Under the pieces are notes generated by a model that worked only from the letters and a program-made list of their open reading frames with translations, had not been told where the DNA came from and made no database searches. DNA of 64,000 bases from Lama guanicoe (taxonomy: Eukaryota), in the NCBI GenBank assembly GCA_013239625.1, contig MU054323.1:11305815-11369814 (forward strand). The letters run 5' to 3'. Every line of letters starts with the position of its first letter. Positions within the stretch are counted from its first letter, which is position 1. A program made the position numbers and the translations under genes. Below are positions 24,993-39,342 of the stretch, one piece after another.

Positions 24993-27264
24993 TAAATTTT
25001 TAAAAAGCAGTGACTCTCCGTTAAGCAGAAAGTTCTTTAGAAACTTCTAATTAAATTATCCAAACAGTAACAGACTGCTATGTGGTAGAAGTAGTTTTTG
25101 GTAATGATTCCACTTAGGCTGATCTTTTACCAATGAATACTTGAGCATTTTCCATGGAAAGCACTGTAATAAGAGATACATACTACTATTGAAAGTTATT
25201 AACTTGCGAAATTATCAGCAGATGTTTTCCTTGCATGGTTGATTTGGTCACCCAAGAGCTGAATAATTCTAAACTGACTGGAAAGATGCATGGGCAACAT
25301 TTACTTGGTGTTTGGAACTTACTGAAGCATACACCAGGTTTCCAGTAAGTGGAATTTGCACCATTTTTATTTCTCTGACAGCTTTTTTCTCTCCATTTTT
25401 ATGAAGACATGTTGTGCAGTGTCATCTTTTCAAGGCTTGCCATTCGTAGTATATAGGAGAAAAGGTGGAAAAAGTGATTTTTATAGAACTGTGGTTCTTT
25501 GAGAGAATTAGCTTCTGTTTTTAATAAGCACATATTTCCATTTGTTATAAAGAGTTCCTAGGTGTTCACTTTAATGTTTCAATTTAACACGCCTTTATTC
25601 CAAATAAAATTTTTATTTTTATCCCAGAGTTGAAAGATGCTGTTTGAATTTCTCTAGCAAAAAGAGCATTTTACTTTTTATTGCTATTTTTAATGGTAGC
25701 TAATATTTTCTATGCTAACCTATGGTAAATAATTAGAAAATCAATATATTGTGCCATTTTTAGATTAAAATAGTTATTAATGCTATAGCAGATTGTTTTT
25801 TAGTTTGCTAATTTACTGCTTTCTTAAAGTCCCCTTTTGAGTTTAATATTTGTCTTATACATTATATGTTGATATGAGTTTAAAATTGAGTCCAGAAGAG
25901 TCAACTATTTTTTTCAATCTTTAGGGCATGTATTTTGAGTATAATTTATATATGGAAGATATTTTGTCCACTCTTAGGTAACTCTTGTTTTTTATATTTA
26001 AACCTTAATGACCATTTAGAACTCATTAAGTCTTTTCTAATTTCCACAGCAATACAAGTTTGTTAGAAAATATAAATAATTAAAATTATATAATAAACTG
26101 AAAAGTGAAAGTAAATCCCCCCTTTTTTTTGTTCCCTTTTTTTCTGTCCTATAGGACAAAGTTTGACTCTTTTTTGTAGTCAGGAAAGGGCGTTGTCTTA
26201 GAACTGTTGGTAGCCTTAACTGCCATGTTTAAAAACATGTTTTAGTATAAAAATGAAACCATGAAAATTTAATTTTATGGTATCACATTATATGTAAGTC
26301 ATAGGAAATTGAATTACAAGTATATAATAATAAAATAAACATTATTACCAAGTTATCAACTTATCTTTCTAACTTCATTGCAGACGGTAGAAACTTTGAG
26401 ATATATTGGGATTGGTCTTCAGTTTTACTTTGGGGAACCATTGACCTAACCAATCTTCTGTCACTAGTCTTGAGAATACAGCAGACTTGCCCTCTCACTC
26501 TCTTGGCATACAGTGGCTTAGTTCTGACTTGCTTGTTTTTATTCCTGTTTTTCCTCCATTCTTGGTTATATTCCACCTATCCTTCAGGGTTCATTTCAAA
26601 TCTTACGTGTGGCAGAGACTACTAGCTGTCCACCAAAATTTGTTCTCCTCCTTCCTGAGCCTGGAGCTAGCTCTTGTTTTCTGTATGACTGTATTCTAGC
26701 CACTGGCCGTGAGCAGTTCTACTTGTTACCTCAGTGCTACCTGTGACCATGCTGCTTCCTCTGGAAGGTGGCTTCTAACTACTCCAGTGTACTTAAGATC
26801 ACCACTTTTTTCTCCCTAGATTCTTTGGTACTTCTTAAGTATTTGCTAGTCACATGCTTTTTTTTTTTTTAATTAAAAACAAAAGCAGAAAAAACCGAAA
26901 AAGGCAGCATACAGTAATTTGTGCATGTCTTACTCATATAGACTGTAGGCTTTTGGAAGAAAGTAATTTTGTCTTTTGTATTCTTCACAGCACAATGTTT
27001 AGGCACTCAGTAAACACCTAAAGGAACAAAAAGTTGGGAATGAATCTTTAAAATAAGGCATAGATGGTGCATCTGTAGTGATGTTAAATTTAGTTACCTT
27101 CATTTATTTTAGGTTTCTCTGGTTAGACTTTCATTCTAAAGGAGAAAAGTGTTATAAAAAACAGTAATTTGATAACTTAGAAATCTCACAAGCTAGTGAA
27201 ATTTGTAGTAGTGAGGCAACTTCCTTTACTCTTTTTCTCACTTTTCTCTTCTGCAAATGTGGAA

Positions 27265-27630
27265 AATTTACAACAATGTCTTGTTGTAGGTCCTGGGGGT
27301 ACAGCAGCAAATAAAACATAAAAATGGTTTCCCTCTTGGAGTTTACAGACAGTCAACACGTGAAACATTTAGAATGCTAAATGTGATCAGTATCTGGAAA
27401 AAACAGTGTGAGGGGTCGAGGGGTGGCAGGTGATAGGATGCTTGAAATGTGTGCTGCATGGGGTTGGTGTTACAGGTTTATACTGGGAAGTCAGGGAAGG
27501 CCTCTCTGAGAAAGTGACCTTTGGGTTAAGACCTGAACCAGGTGAATAGAAACCATATGGCTAACTGGAAAAAGAGCTATTAAAACAGAGGAGACCAATA
27601 GTGCTCTTCAGTCCAAGGTGAGAGTGCTGA
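27265..27630 (-). mobile_element. L2 3' fragment
   Basis: GTCAGGGAAGGCCTCTCTGAGAAAGTGACCTTTGGGTTAAGACCTGAA, a typical antisense L2 motif. Confidence 0.8.
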
Positions 27631-27639
27631 AAATGTTCT

Positions 27640-27758
27640 CAAATGTAATTGTTGCATTCCTCTGTGAATGTACTGAAAACCACTGAAAAGTACACTTTAA
27701 ATGCGTGAATTTTATGGTATGTGAATTATATCTCAGTAAAGCTGTTAAAAAGAAACAA
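27640..27758 (+). mobile_element. Short old L1 3' terminus
   Basis: GTGAATGTACTGAAAACCACTGAA...GTGAATTATATCTCAGTAAAGCTGTTAAAAA. Confidence 0.8.
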
Positions 27759-29309
27759 CAAGCTTTAGAGATTTTTCAGCTTCAGTCGAGGGAAAAACCT
27801 TCTTTTCCCTACTGCTCTCTTTAGAAGTGTTCAGGTGTGTGGTAGTAGTTATTGCAGTAAATCACGTGAATTATGTTCCAGTTAGACCTGGATACTGTGA
27901 AGCACAATAATCATTATGAATGTTAGTGAGTTCACATCAGGTTTACTTTGTAAGTTGTAAAAAATTTCAACACTAAAATCTGGTCATGTATGTGCAGTCT
28001 TCGTAGCTTGCTGCTGAAGTAGCAGTAGATTATTATCTACATTTTGGAGGAAAAAGGGTAATGTTGGCCTCATGCTCAATGAAGACTGACTTGGGATGGA
28101 GTTGTGCCATCCCTCACTTGCATGGTAGCTGCCCGAGAGCATTGCCCTTAGAATCACGCTTGCCTTTTGTTTCCTTTTAATGGTTTATTTTCAAAACATT
28201 GTGGGCCATCTTAGGCTATCTCCCTGGATCTTGTTTTTTCAGATTCTGGTTCTTAGATATTATCTTTCCTTTTTTATCTGGAAATGATTTTTAGCACTTA
28301 ATAAGCATTTCCTTTGTACTCTGCTCCACCTAGATCCCACCCACCTGGGCATATGAATTTAGACCTGTCTTCCTAGATACTTAGGATTTTAGAGCTAGAA
28401 AGGGTCTAGAGTTCAGAGTTAAGTAGTCATTGCAAATCTTATATTAGATTCTCAATAACCCTCAATAATTCCGTCCTTGATGTCTTTTCCCAGTGCCATT
28501 ACTGTATTTCCATAAGGAATTAATAAATAATACTCATAAAGGCAGATTCCCATTGACCCTAAGGAGATTCTTTAGACTCTGTTACAGTGTTTAAAATTGT
28601 ATTGGCTCTAAATTGTGTTTTACTAAATAAAGCATCAAATCATTTTGTCTCAATCTGTAGTAACTAGTGGCCACAGGACCAGTTTTTCCTTATACTGATA
28701 AGCTTTCAAATGGCTTCATTATGGTTTGGAATTGAACAGTTGACTTCCACAGTGATTTCAGGCCTGACTCTACCATCTGCTCACTCTGACCTTGGCAAGT
28801 ACCTTAATCTGATTAAAGACAAATTTTATATTTCAGATAGATTTGATAAGCAAGATTTTTCCTCCTTCAAGAGAATGGATTTCATGCAGAGATTACAACT
28901 CATAAGGTGTGAGTAAAAGAAAAGCAAATGTGGTCTTAACCTTTTTTACCTTCTTAGACCCAGTGTGGAGGAAAGGGAGAGTTTTCTACTCCAAAAAGAA
29001 GTGGAGCTTTACAGCTGCTTCCCACACAGGCCAGGCGCAGTGGGGAAGGAACCAGTGGTCAAGAAAGAAAGGGTAATTCTGCCTGCAGGTCTTTGTAAGA
29101 CAGGGGTGATGGAGTGAGAGCACTGTGGCTTCAGCCGGGCCTGAAGAGAGCCAGCCAGGGCTCTGGCTGCTTGTGCACAAGAGACCCACCAGTGCTCTTA
29201 GAACATTGGGAAAAGTTGGTCACACTCTTACCTTCAGATGAGGCATTTGTATCTAAATTCAAACAGGTGCACCTTAATCTAGCTACATCAATCTGCTGTT
29301 AATAGCAAT

Positions 29310-29515
29310 AATAAAAACAAGTGTTTAATAAGTATGTAGTATGTACCAATTGCTGCTTGAATCACTTTCCATGTATTAACTCATCAGATTTTCACAAGTC
29401 TGTTACCTGCTATTGATCTGACTTGGTACTACCATTACCCCTAGTTTTAAAATTGAGCAAGTAACAAGTTGGAAGTTCACAATTAAGTGACAGAGCTGGG
29501 ATTCAAACCCACAGC
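29310..29515 (-). mobile_element. MIR SINE
   Basis: AAGTGACAGAGCTGGGATTCAAACCCA, the antisense B-box end. Confidence 0.7.
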
Positions 29516-29869
29516 CTCTCTGACAGCAGGCTTCGGTTTGTTTAGGGGGCTAGCCTGATGCTGAAGAGGAGTAAGTTTCATTGTAGAGACCTAGAACTCA
29601 AAAAGGAGACTTTCCTGGGAGCCCCTGCTAGTACCACCAAATTACTTTACTTCTCTGAGTTTCTTCATCTGTAAAAGAAAGAGTTTTAAGAAATTGGGCC
29701 TTTGAAGTGCTTCCTGTTAGAGAAGACTTTAAGATTTTGAACTCAACTTACAATACCTAAATACTTCTTTTCAACAAATTCAATACAGCGTGAAGATTTT
29801 ATTACAGTTTTAATCTTGCCTCGTTATTCATCGGTACGCGCTATGCATTCCTCTGTGCAGAGTGTATTA

Positions 29870-30190
29870 AGTTGTACTGGTCAAGATGATATTCACTAAA
29901 TGCATATGGCTTTGCGCACTTGCCGTGTGTCTAGTGCGAATTGAGATTTGCTGTAGGGTTAAAATACACAGCAGAGTTCACAAACATATTGTGAAAAATA
30001 AAAGTAAAGTATCCTATTAGTAATTTATTTACATTTGATTACATATTGAAATGATAATATCTCATATATATTACGTTAAATCTATTAAAATTAATGTTAC
30101 CGGTTTTTCTTTATTTTTTTTAATGTTGCTGCAAGAAGATTTCACATTACATGTGTGGCTCACATTATATTTCTGTTGGACAGTACTGTT
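29870..30190. mobile_element. MER33-like hAT-Charlie element
   Basis: GAATTGAGATTTGCTGTAGGGTTAAAATACAC...TGTGGCTCACATTATATTTCTGTTGGACAGTACTG. Confidence 0.8.
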
Positions 30191-30414
30191 GTAGAGAGTC
30201 CTAAGTGAGAGAAAGAAGGTGTGTTTCCTGTGGGTAGGAAAATAATTTAGTGAAGTAGCCAGGAAGACAAGTGCGTATCTAGTAAATCTGAAGGCATCTA
30301 TAAATATCTTGTTTTCTACTTGGCCTTGGATGAATAATATATATTTGTTATACCTTGAACATGTTTGATAAAATAAATTGAAAGAATAGATATATTAACA
30401 CTATGTATAAGACA

Positions 30415-30612
30415 ATAGTATGCTTATGAGTACTTACATATGCCAGGCACTCATCTGAGCACTTTACATACACTAACCCTGTTAATTCTAATAGTAACAC
30501 TATTGGGCAAGTTCTGAAGGGGGCGAGGTGGGGTTGAACTAAGGCCGCACAGTACGGTAAGTGATTTAGTTCAGGTCTGTACAGTTTGGCTCCAGAGCCT
30601 GTGCTCTTAATT
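30415..30612 (-). mobile_element. MIR SINE
   Basis: TACTTACATATGCCAGGCAC...TTTGGCTCCAGAGCCTGTGCTCTTAA. Confidence 0.7.
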
Positions 30613-32629
30613 GTTTCTGTTTTATTGTCTTTTTAAACTACGTGGCCTTACGATTTGCTGTATTTTTGAATCTGATGATTTAGTAGCTGGTATGTGCATG
30701 GATAACCTATGGGATTTTTTTTTTAAGCTTAGCAGGTATCCTTAGTGTCAACTTGTATTTATATTTTGTTTGTAGATTTACTTTTAATTTCCTAAGAGTG
30801 AATAATTTTTGTTTATTTTCCACTTGCAAGGTTAATTTTAGCCTGTTAATTGTATTTGTGGTAGCATTCCATAAGTTTTGTGTATTGTAAAAGGTCTCCC
30901 TGGACTTTCAAGGGAGAAATGTATATGGTCAAATGATAACCAGTAAATTTCATGTACTTTAAATGAATGGTATCAAAAGGAAGTACAGGAATTTGCCATT
31001 AGGTTTTCTCTGCTTAGGGGCTGTTATTGAGGAATTAGCCTTAGGAAAGAGAACAGAAGTTTTAAATGTTTTTATTCTGAAGGGGCAACTGTAATACTGT
31101 GTCTAGGTTGAGCATACATTAGATATTTCTATCACATGTGTCACATAAATATATTTAAGTACAATTCTAAATTAGTTTGTAACCTAAACTTAGAATTTTT
31201 TTTTTTTCTGGCTGCCAAGTCAGTGTGAGATGCTCTAGTTGATACAAGAATAAATGTCATAGGTCTTCTGTAGAAATAAGACACACGTGAAAAAAATGAA
31301 ATAACTATCAATTCAATACATTAACACAATGTACATCATGAATGGACAAATAAGTCATAGGGATTCTGAGAAAAGGAGGAAACTGTTTTGAACTAGTAAT
31401 TTCGGAAGGTTTATTGGAGAAGGAGAGAATCGAGATGGTCTCATGGGATGAGCTGAATTTCCTTGAGTGAAGAGGGCATAAAGTTAGACATGAGGAGGTA
31501 CATGTTGAGCTTAGGGAACAGCCATGGCTGATGAAGACTTAGAGAAATTTTCAGAAATTAATTTGGGCCAGACTGTAGAAGACCCTGAATTTCAAGAGTA
31601 GGAATTTGGATTCATTAAAAAGTTTAGAGTTGAGGGGAGGAAAAAAGCTTTGGATATGATACTTTATCCTTAGTTAACTGCTTATGTGGTGGACATCACC
31701 TAATAAGTTATATTCTTGACTAAAAATGCTAGATATTTTTAGTTGTTGGTAATAAAAAATACTGAAGAGCTTGCTTTCTTGGTTACTAGTCAAGTCTAGT
31801 GCTTAAAATAAGCATGTTAGCATCATCTCAGGCTCACTGGTTGGAAGAGGTTTAAATCACTTAGCAAATACTTGACAGTTGTCATTTTTAGAAATGACAA
31901 ACCATTGTTTCTCACTGACTGTTGATTTTGTTGATAAATTTCCGCATACTGTAAGTTTCTACCCTTATTTACAGGCACACTAAAACTTGCTCTTATTTTA
32001 AAGCTCTGGCTTATCTTGGTCCCAATATCTCATTAGCCCAGCAACTGTGGGCTACATTGTTTAACCTGCTGAACCCCATGTTCTTTTTTTGTAAAAAAAT
32101 TGGAAAAATGTCTTTCTCCCAGGTGTGGGGGAGATTGTTTACTGAGATAAGACTGTTTAAAAAGAATGCAGTAATGTTTGGCACGTTATGAAGGTAGATA
32201 CTGAGTAAATTTTTTCTCCCTCCATTCTGATTTTGTAATGGTTATGAGTCAAGACTTCTTATTACTTAGTTTATAGACTTCTGTAATAGAACTCATGAAG
32301 AAATTTGGAAGGCAGTTACTTTTGTAAAGTCTGACTTTATTTGTTATATAATAACTTGAATTTTTAAAATATTGATATACCAAGAGAACTTACTGATATT
32401 TTAAAAAAGCTAAATTTGCCATTGTTTGACTAGAAGCTCCATAAAAAACCTGAACTATCAAAGGACTGAAGTGTTTCTACCAGGTTATTTCATGAGCTGA
32501 AAGCATCCTTTGACTGTGGCATTGAAAGGAATTGAAGTCCAGGAGAAATATTCTCTATCAGCCATTTTCTATATTATGCTATTAAGGGAATGCAGTTAAA
32601 CTTTTTAAAAATTGACTTTTCTTTTTTCT

Positions 32630-32785
32630 TTTGGTGTTCATCTGTGAGTGTTAGTATACATACAGATCTGTGTATCCCCCACCGCAATCAGGGCACAGAA
32701 TAGTTGTGTCACCCAAAAAAACTCCCTTGTGCTATCCTTTTATAGTCACAGCCTCTCCCTGTTCTCTGGCAACCACTGGTCTGTT
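32630..32785 (-). mobile_element. Old L1 3'UTR fragment
   Basis: GTCACCCAAAAAAACTCCCTTGTGCTATCCTTTTATAGTCAC...CTGGCAACCACTGGTCTGTTTTCC. Confidence 0.75.
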
Positions 32786-33929
32786 TTCCGTTTCTTCCTT
32801 TATGGATGGATTAGTGGAGGCTATCAAATGATAAATATCTTATCAAATACGATATCATCTAGGATAAAATATGAGAAATATCAAGATAATGTATGTGACA
32901 GTGCTTGGAGTATAGAGGTACCAGGTACTTAATAAAAAATAGTTTCATATGTAATAGTAGGTCAGTAGGTGAAGCTCTAACTGGACTCGAGAGTCAGCTT
33001 CTGTAGAGTCAACCCCTTTCTCCTTGCTCAGAGGCTTTTAGGCTTATTTTTGAAAGGCTTTGTTCCACATGGTCCTGATTGCTGGAAATCTCTGTGTTAC
33101 GTAATGTCTTAACCTCCTGTTTTTCATTAAAAAAGTGGAAGACAGAGTCAACCTTGAAGGGTTGTTACAATAGTCAAATGCGATGATACATATAAATATA
33201 AATCTATAAAATAAATACACGTGTACACATTGCACACACACATGTGCATGCCTGGCCCACAGTAGGCATTCTGTCAAGTAAAAAAATATTTTATGAATAA
33301 TATAGTTTACATTAACTTCGAATAGCTTGGTAAAGGAATGTCATGTCCTCAGTTATCTGGTGTCCCACCCTCCCCTCTATGCTTCCCCCGCAAAAGCTCC
33401 TGAAATAGGAAGGTCGATCCTCAAAACAGCACTTTTCTGTTTTAATAATTTTTCATAAGTTTTTTCAGAAATATATCACCAATTTCTCTGTTTTGGGCTG
33501 GAGGGGAGAACACCAAGTTTGTTTAACTTTATCTTAATATTTCAGGGTTCATTTCACATTATACCATCACATAAAATGTGGTTTTAGAAATTAATGATTA
33601 GGACGTATGGGCTGAATCTTTGCCAAACTCCTCTTTGAACATGTATTCCTGAACTCCTACTATAATAGTAATTTTTCTGGCCATTTTAATCTTTTCCTTG
33701 TAAGTAAAGCACGCATTTTTTTGATATATACCATCCTAGGCAGTGGGATGAAATTGCTTTTCTACAAATTTAATTATTTAATCAAGCTCAGAGCTGATTT
33801 AGAATTTTTTGTTGCTGCTCACAAATAATCATCTATACTCCATCAGTGTGTTTTGTCTTATTATTAGTGCTCAACATATTAATAGACTCAGTAAATTATA
33901 GGACTAGAAAGAACCTTTGAGATCTTCTA

Positions 33930-34235
33930 GTCAATTAATTCTTAATTCTGTCTAACCCAGAGCCCTCTTTTCATAATAATTATTTTGTAATATTCTCTTT
34001 AGTGTCCTGAAATGAAATTCATAGTTAATGAAATTTTTTTACCCACTTAATTAAAATAAATCAGTATAATCCCCTAACTGTAATGTAAAGGAAAAATAAA
34101 AGGAAAATAATTTAAAATGTAGTATGAGGTATGATTATGCTAGAATGCAAAAACCAAAAAAATAAAAACAGCCCAACAGATTTCTGAAATGCTCTTGGTG
34201 GGGGGGGACTGCCCCACAGAGAACCATGATCTAGA
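33930..34235. mobile_element. hAT-Charlie DNA transposon remnant with a MER20-like end
   Basis: TCCTGAAATGAAATTCATAG internal motif and a GGGGGGGACTGCCCCACAGAGAACCATG terminus. Confidence 0.6.
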
Positions 34236-35689
34236 TTCGGTTTTCTCATTTCATAAAGAAGGTAAGGGGTGAGTGTGAAAGGAGAGGGAGGAGATATTGG
34301 ATGGGGCTTGGTATTATTTTCTCAGAATTACACAAGTGTAGTTAATGGCGGTTGGACCGGAATTCCAGGTTTTGTCATTTGCTCTGCTCCTATTGTTATG
34401 TAATGCTTCTGAAGCTACCCTTTATAAGAGGAGAAGGAATTCAGTGGGCAGTGAGTCCAGGGGTGCTACTCTCAGTAGTTGGTAGGTACAAAACTTTGCT
34501 TCAAGGTTTTTCTGAAAATTCGTATGGAAACACACACCTATGTTACTCAGAGACAGGAATGTCACACATACTGTCCTCTCCCCAGCTCCTGTCTCCACCT
34601 GCCCAGCCCCTGTCTCCTCCTGCCGCCCAGTAAACACACAAACAAAAAATCAAAACTTTTCTATTTCAGCACCACTGCTGTTACTACTCAAGAAGCTGTC
34701 TTGAAGAGCACATAGCCTTTGTTAGGTCTTCCATGGCATTTATTGTACTATCATTCTTTACTTATTTGAATTTTTGATTCCCTGGCTCAATTATAGGTTC
34801 CATGAGAATTTTTAGTCTACCCTATGTGCTTGTGTTGAAGGATAAAAATATTATTTCCAAAAATATAGTAATATTGACACTCAGGGAAGATGTGCTGTGT
34901 TTATCTTCCAGTCTCAACTCTCCGATATTCTGGTGTTTCCCGAGATGCTTGGAGTAGAACCCAGTATGAAGCAACCCCAGCACTAGTTTAAGTTCCTTTT
35001 CCCTTTAATCCCATTAACTCATTTAATTTCTTGGATGAAGCATTGTCCCCTCTAACTTCTGGAAAGTTGCTTCTGCAGTTTACCAGTTACGTGGAATTCT
35101 GTAGTAACGGGACTTTGATGCTTTTGACTTTAGCCTTAGACATTGAGTTCTTTTTTAGTCAAGGTTCCGGATAGTCAAGAGTAAAGATCAATTAATGAAA
35201 AACTAATACTTTGGTGGTGTTTTGTTAAACATCTGAAAGACATTTAACTCTTTTGTAAATATTTTTGTTTAAAGTGTAATTTACTCTTTTGTGGTGGCTG
35301 TCTAACTACTTTTTTCCTCAGTATTTTTGGTTAAGTGCTGCATGCTGTTGCTTAAGTGCAACAATTCCATTTCCCATTGTTGACTTCCTGAGTATGTGCT
35401 GGTGAAACTTTCTTTACATTCAGCATCTCTGCCTCATTAAGTTAAACCTGGCTTTGCTTTGTTGGCCTAATGATCACGTTGTTTCTTCTTTATCCTGATG
35501 TCTGTCAGCCGTACTTTTCACAACCCCAGTTCAGTGCTGCTAACTTAGGGTGCTCATGTTAGTAAATACCTATCACTTTCATAATCTTTTGGAGACCCTG
35601 GGTTTCTTGGCCTGGTTTTCTTGGCCTGGACCATGGATTCCCCCTTCTTCAGCAGTCTGGCATTTGTGCTACACAAATGTAACATAGTT

Positions 35690-35885
35690 TATTGCAAAGG
35701 GGACAGGCTTAGGAGTTAAATGAATGCAGGTTTTAATTCTAGCTCTGCAACCTGTCAGTTATATAGTGTGGGAATGTTTGAATGCTTTTGAGGTCACTTT
35801 CTTCAGCTGTAAAATGGGTATACTTTTATCTCCCTTTCAGAGTTGTGAGATTAGGAATGTTGTGTGTAAAATACTTTGTACAGCC
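35690..35885 (+). mobile_element. MIR SINE
   Basis: TTCTTCAGCTGTAAAATGGGTAT...CAGAGTTGTGAGATTAGGAA. Confidence 0.7.
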
Positions 35886-36410
35886 TTTCTCTCCCATGTC
35901 CCTTAACAGCCTCTGAAAAGAGAGGTGGAATAAACTAGAGGGAGACGAGACTGAAGGTGAGGCATCCTAGCCAGGTCTACCCTTCTATCTCAGAAATTAT
36001 GTAAGTTTGTGACTAAATTTATGTGACGCTCATCCGAGGACTAAACAAAACCACCAGGCAGTCTAAGTAAGTTTGGATCTCTGTTGCCTCATCTGGAATA
36101 TGAAGGGTTTGCCTGGGGCTGGTTTCAAATGATGTTCTTTCTTAGGAAAGAGAGCTCCAGGCTAAGGTGAGGCATTGGGTCTGAGGGTGGGGCCAGCTCT
36201 TAATTAGAGCTTTCCTATGCTTTTGTTTTATATGTGAGACTTCTTGGTGAGACCCTTGAATGAGATGTTCGAATAGGTTTGCAGGCCAGTGGACTGAAAT
36301 ATTTCTAAAGCCCCTTTCAACTCTGACTTTCCATGATAGGTGATTTTGTAGGCAGTGTGGCTTTTTAAATTGAGTTTTCAGAGATGTCTTTCATAATATT
36401 TAATGCATTA

Positions 36411-36959
36411 TATAACTGAGCAGAGGCCTCCTGTGCCCTTGGTGTAGAAAGCCAACTTTTAACAGCAGTTGTTTGTAGCAAAGTGAGGGTTTATTTGCAG
36501 GGCAAGGGAGTGGGAGATAGTCTCAAATCCATTTGATCTTTGAGTTAGGAATGTTTTAAAGGGGATGGACAAAGAAACTGGGATTAGTCATCATCTTGTG
36601 ACATTTCTGTGACATTTCTTAATTGTGGTGTTGGGAGTCAGGATGTCTCTGGTGTACAATTCTCTGGCCAGGTGGTCCATGTCTATGAGTTCATCTAGTC
36701 CTGGAGAAATTACCTGAGTTTGTGAGTTAAGGGTGATATCTACAGTAGCAATTTTGGTACATTAATGATGTTATCGACAATAGCAGTTTTAATCACACTA
36801 CTCTGGTTGATTAGTGCTCAGTTAGCACCAGATTGAGATCAGAGGGGACAGGAAAGGGATTGAGGTCAGAGGAGACAAGCAAGGGAATAGAGAGATTTTG
36901 GATAAAGAGAATAATTATAAACTCTTTAGGGAAATTTGATTTTAGGGGGCTCAATTTTA
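36411..36959 (-). mobile_element. Solo ERV LTR (about 550 bp)
   Basis: Degenerate TATAACTGAG...CTCAATTTTA termini and an antisense AATAAA (TTTATT near 36490) about 80 bp from the end. Composition differs from the AT-rich flanks. No clear TSD. Confidence 0.7.
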
Positions 36960-38757
36960 ATACTATTCTAAAAACTACCTCCTTTTGTGTATCAAGTAGA
37001 GTAGTTACATTTATAAGTTCCATAAATAATTTGTAAAGTCCTATAATTATCAATTGCCATTCTTAAATCTTCATGAACTTTTGTTACCAAATGAAATATT
37101 TTTATTGGCATTTCTACTAATTTCTCCACCTATTTTTTATTTACTAATGATGAGAATATGCTACATGAAACACCTTAAAATACATAGAGTTCTAGAGTTA
37201 CTTTACATTTTTAATTTTTGGAAGTTTAGGAGGAATAAAGGTTGCAGAAGTAGTGTTTTAATAGCAAAGCAGATTTTTCGGATATTAACACTGTTATTAT
37301 TTGTATAAAATTTACTTTTACACATGAACCAAAATCCAGTCGTTGTCTTTCAGAATAAGTCCGAAAAAAACGTTTTGTACATTTGTAGCATTCACTCAGA
37401 ATTCCATGCTGTTTAACAGCAGTTAATGAATTTCAACCTGAAATACCTTGAATCAAAAATTATTTGATTCGATTCATATTATGAGGTATTAAATAACAAA
37501 GACATTTCAAATATTTTTAAGACAAAGTCTAGTACAAATAAAGTATGATATGTAATATTTCTACCTTTGCCTACAACACTTTGTTGGTTTTTTTCTTAAC
37601 TTAAAAGTTTTTGTCTAGAATAGTGATTGTATATAATTTATCCTTGGTTTCTACCTCATTTGTCTAGATGCTTGTGTTTCATGAAAGAAAATTACACAGA
37701 ATAGTTTCTTGAGAGTTAAGCCTTGCAACAGAAGGCCATTTTAGGCTGCCATTCAACTATTTCTCTAAAGCAGTAGTATCTTATCTTTCTTTGACTTACA
37801 AAAGTTGGGGGGTCTTCTCTATAGGAAAAAAAATATATATGAAATGCAGCTTATCCTACAATTTTAGGGGGTTTATGAACCCTTGAATACATTCCATGAA
37901 TCATTTCTGGGTAAACTATCTTTGCTCTATGAAGAATAGATTGTAAAAAGAAAACCAGTTTAAGTATATTCTTCATTTTGCTTTTATTAAAGGAAAAAAA
38001 TACTATGAACGATAGTTGACTTTATTTTATTTGACAAAATGGTGGCTTTTGCATTCAGTTTGTATTAATCTGTAACTTAAGTCTTTCATTAAAGGTAATA
38101 AAATAACTAGATTTTAGAAATAATGTGATTAATTTGTTTTATTTTGAAGAATTGTAATATGAAACAGGAAGAAAAACGTTTTATTACTTGTCCAGTCAAA
38201 TCACGTGTTAGATGTTCCCTTGTAACAGTGGTATTTTATGCTTTTCAGGATACCAGTAATTTATATTAGAAAAAAATTATTGATGGCAGAATACAGCTCT
38301 TTGCTCTGTGAGAAACATTGGACCAATGTCTTTAATATTGTAAAATTCACATTTTATACTTTTCATTAGTGGTTAACTCTACCTTTACTGTTTTATTAGT
38401 GATGCAGCCTATCCAGTCTCTTAATGTAAGAAATCTTGGCTCCTGATTTTTCCGTTTGAAATAAGTGTTGTTGGGATTCTTAATTATGTAAGAATAATAC
38501 TCTTTGTACACAATTTGGGAAAAAAATCAACTATAGTCTCACTATGCAGGGGCAGTCACTGGTAACATTTTGATGTATTTCTGTCTGGTCTTTGTTCTCT
38601 GATTTTATTCTGTCCCTTTTGTTCTTTGGCTTCACTTGTGTATGTTTTTGTTTCTAATTTGTGAGGTGGCAGTTATCATCATAATTTCTCTTTTCCTTCA
38701 GCATTTCATGAGCTCCAGGGTAGGGCTGGTTAGTGATTCATGTCTTGGTAACCTCTC

Positions 38758-39342
38758 AGCTAATTAACTGTTTTGAGATGTAATTCATATACCATACAAT
38801 CAAGCCATTTAAAGCCTACAAGGCAATGGCTTTGAGACTGTTCTGAGTTATGCAGCCATCACCACTGTCTGATTTTAGAACTTTTTTTTTAGCCCCAAAC
38901 TTTATACTCTTTAATAGCCACCTCCTGTTCCACCTGCCTTGAGTCCTAGTGAGTCACTAACCTACTTTCTGTCTCTGTTGTAGATTTGCCTATTCTGGAC
39001 ATATCAGACAAATGAAATCATAGAATATGTGGACTTTTGTGACTGGCTTCTTTCACTTAGCATAAGTTCCCATCTGTGTTGTAGCATGTATCAAATACTT
39101 CATTCCTTTTTTTTGTTGAACGATATCCACTGATGTCTATACTACTTTTGTTTATTTATCAGATGAAGGACATTTGGGTTGTTTCCACTTTTTGGCTATT
39201 ATGAATTATGCTCATAATGCTCCCTTGAACATTCTTGTATATGTTTTTGTGTGGCCACATATTTTCATTTCAGTTAGGTCTATATATCTAGGAGTGGAAT
39301 TACTCAGTTATATGGTACCCTATATTTAACATTTTGAGGACT
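38758..39342 (-). mobile_element. Old L1 (L1MB-like) 3' end
   Basis: TTTTGAGATGTAATTCATATACCATACAAT...GATTTGCCTATTCTGGACAT...GGACATTTGGGTTGTTTCCACTTTTTGGCTATTATGAAT. Confidence 0.9.
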